Source of the DNA: a phage
Strand: one strand, 5' to 3'
DNA length: 64,000 bases
Assembly: GCA_036253495.1 (NCBI GenBank)
Contig: GCA_036253495.1_4125.1
The position numbers were made by a program, and so were the translations under genes. Under the pieces are notes generated by a model. That model was not told the origin of the DNA. It did no database searches and saw nothing but the letters and a program-made list of their open reading frames with translations. Positions 62,579-64,000 of the stretch are shown here, piece by piece (the stretch's first letter is position 1; every line of letters starts with the position of its first letter).

Positions 62579-63211
62579 ATGAGTACAAAAAGAAAACCAA
62601 TTTCAAAGTACGTTTTTCATCGCCTAGAATATAAGCACTGCATTGCGTATGCACGAGCCTTAACGGACATATTACCACGTCTGAAAGATGATAAGTTCCT
62701 TGAATGTTATGACATGCGTTTTCATAACAATGTTCTTGAGTACATAGAATCAGATGATAGTGAGTTGAATGAAGTATGGCTTGATTTCAGTCCTAGTGGT
62801 TTAGATAAAAATAGAGTTGGGAACTTGGGTCTATTTTATACGCACTGCTTGAACTTCGATTTGTCAGATAAAACATTAGTACTGGATAGTAATGAGGTAC
62901 TTAGATTGAACCTCAATGTTATGGATTATTCAGAAGAATCATTCTTTCAAAATAGTTTAATATATGAACCGAATGATTTATTATATACTATTGTTTTCCC
63001 ATATCTACATGAGCACCTTAAAGGTACTACAGTTCAAAGAGCAGACATTACCTTTAGTTTAGTAAATTTATTCAAGTACAGTGACGTATTCAAAGAAATA
63101 TGTATTGAAGGCGGTTACTTCGATGACCTTGCTGATTTGAATAACATGGCGTTTGAAAATGATAATTATTTTAACGATACCTATATAGGCGGTTCAAGGA
63201 TAATGAAATGA
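62579..63211 (+). CDS. small protein, family C
   Basis: SEESFFQNSLIYEP. Confidence 0.65.
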   Translation: MSTKRKPISKYVFHRLEYKHCIAYARALTDILPRLKDDKFLECYDMRFHNNVLEYIESDDSELNEVWLDFSPSGLDKNRVGNLGLFYTHCLNFDLSDKTLVLDSNEVLRLNLNVMDYSEESFFQNSLIYEPNDLLYTIVFPYLHEHLKGTTVQRADITFSLVNLFKYSDVFKEICIEGGYFDDLADLNNMAFENDNYFNDTYIGGSRIMK

Positions 63212-63759
63212 GTTTACCATTAACAATAAACCCAGTACTAAAAGATCTATCTAAAGTTATTATGAACTTTTTTCCTATTGTACTACAAGATATAAAACCT
63301 ATATCAAATCTTGGTTCATGTTATATTCGACACAGTAATAATAAAAACGGTACTATAGGTACTTTGTACATTAGTGATAGTTCATTGTTTCTTTTGCACC
63401 CTGAGTTATCAGATGAAGAAATTGCAGATGGTTGTTCGGAGGCACAGAATCGTGTACTCACCCGTTATCCATATGTGTACATAAGCAGCATTAAACATAA
63501 AAATCTTGCTAATAACTTTTGCCAATGCAATCACGGTGATAACTTAATAGATTTAAATGTTGACGATGGGGTGCTTTTCCAGTACAGTACTCTATATGAT
63601 CAGTTAACAATGGATATCATTGAGTTGGATAAGTTAGTGCGTGATTACATCCCTGATGGTTTCTATCTTACAATGGATCTTAATGTACTGAATTCCGTAA
63701 TGGAACAAGGCACTCTACCAAACATTCTGAGAGACTTACGAGCATTTAAAAGACCCTGA
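63208..63759 (+). CDS. small protein, family C
   Basis: DDGVLFQYSTLYDQ; last array member, terminator follows. Confidence 0.65.
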   Translation: MSLPLTINPVLKDLSKVIMNFFPIVLQDIKPISNLGSCYIRHSNNKNGTIGTLYISDSSLFLLHPELSDEEIADGCSEAQNRVLTRYPYVYISSIKHKNLANNFCQCNHGDNLIDLNVDDGVLFQYSTLYDQLTMDIIELDKLVRDYIPDGFYLTMDLNVLNSVMEQGTLPNILRDLRAFKRP

Positions 63760-63775
63760 TGGGTCTTTTTTCGTT
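63749..63775 (+). terminator. rho-independent terminator after family C array
   Basis: AGACCC-tgat-GGGTCT + TTTTTCGTTT. Confidence 0.75.
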
Positions 63776-63781
63776 TATAGG

Positions 63782-63810
63782 TTGACATTAGTAATGTAGA
63801 GTGTTAGAAT
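63782..63810 (+). promoter_or_regulatory. promoter
   Basis: TTGACA-17-TAGAAT after terminator. Confidence 0.5.
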
Positions 63811-63841
63811 ATTGTAACCTATTTAAAAGAGAGCGTATTTT

Positions 63842-64000
63842 ATGGATAGCATTGTAAATATTATTGAATGCATGATTTATATTTTTAAAAACAGTCCTGA
63901 TAATAAGACTGTTAATTTTGAGTTAGGTGAATTAAATATCAACCCAAAAGAATCTCCATCAGTATATTCTAATATTACATTGTTCATTAGTGGTTTAGGT
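63842..64000 (+). CDS. hypothetical protein (3' end beyond window)
   Basis: ATG after promoter TTGACA/TAGAAT and SD AAGAGAG; MDSIVNIIECMIYIF... Confidence 0.5.
   Translation, partial: MDSIVNIIECMIYIFKNSPDNKTVNFELGELNINPKESPSVYSNITLFISGLG

Noticed and set aside
44958-63759. Family C core EEYFQxS as a potyviral NIa (TEV) protease-type cleavage site (ENLYFQ/S)
   Set aside because: The resemblance is striking but there is no protease candidate in the window and the motif sits in the conserved core of every paralog, consistent with a structural element; treated as coincidence pending evidence.
1-64000. Integrated mobile element / prophage boundaries (integrase, transposase, att sites)
   Set aside because: No integrase- or transposase-like ORF and no tRNA or att-like boundary seen; the repeats are promoter/terminator cassettes and paralog duplications, more consistent with an internal segment of a large virulent phage genome.

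Overview
Phage-like, AT-rich (~35% GC) window with enterobacterial-type expression signals (sigma70-like TTGACA/TATAAT promoters, AAGGAGG-type Shine-Dalgarno sites, Chi octamers). No capsid, terminase or polymerase gene is visible, so the phage assignment rests on architecture. Layout: (1) 89-1376 (+): two small membrane proteins plus a YgiB/YjfM-like (DUF1190) lipoprotein, closed by a bidirectional terminator. (2) 1408-14427 (-): one 977-aa and eight tandem paralogous RCC1-like repeat proteins that share the N-terminus MLPFVRM(L/F)DYGN and a conserved intergenic hairpin/TATAAT/SD cassette; candidate receptor-binding or tail-fibre set. (3) 14530-18360 (+): array of about 16 small paralogous ORFs (family A). 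(4) 18361-20353: about 2 kb non-coding, rich in AGTACT palindromes, direct repeats and an iteron-like array; candidate origin or ncRNA region. (5) 20354-40157 (+): about 55 small early-type genes, most with their own promoter followed by a conserved 5' stem-loop; includes paralog pairs, an H-NS-like protein and a protein-kinase-like protein. (6) 40398-63759 (+): two interleaved, hyper-expanded families of small proteins (family B, LGTNYQ motif, about 25 genes; family C, EEYFQxS-like motif, about 35 genes). No rRNA, tRNA, CRISPR or transposase seen. Several real ORFs shorter than 60 aa are absent from the ORF track, and many track ORFs carry spurious N-terminal extensions. All homology statements are pattern recognition from memory, not database searches. 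Hand-derived coordinates may be off by 1-2 nt.
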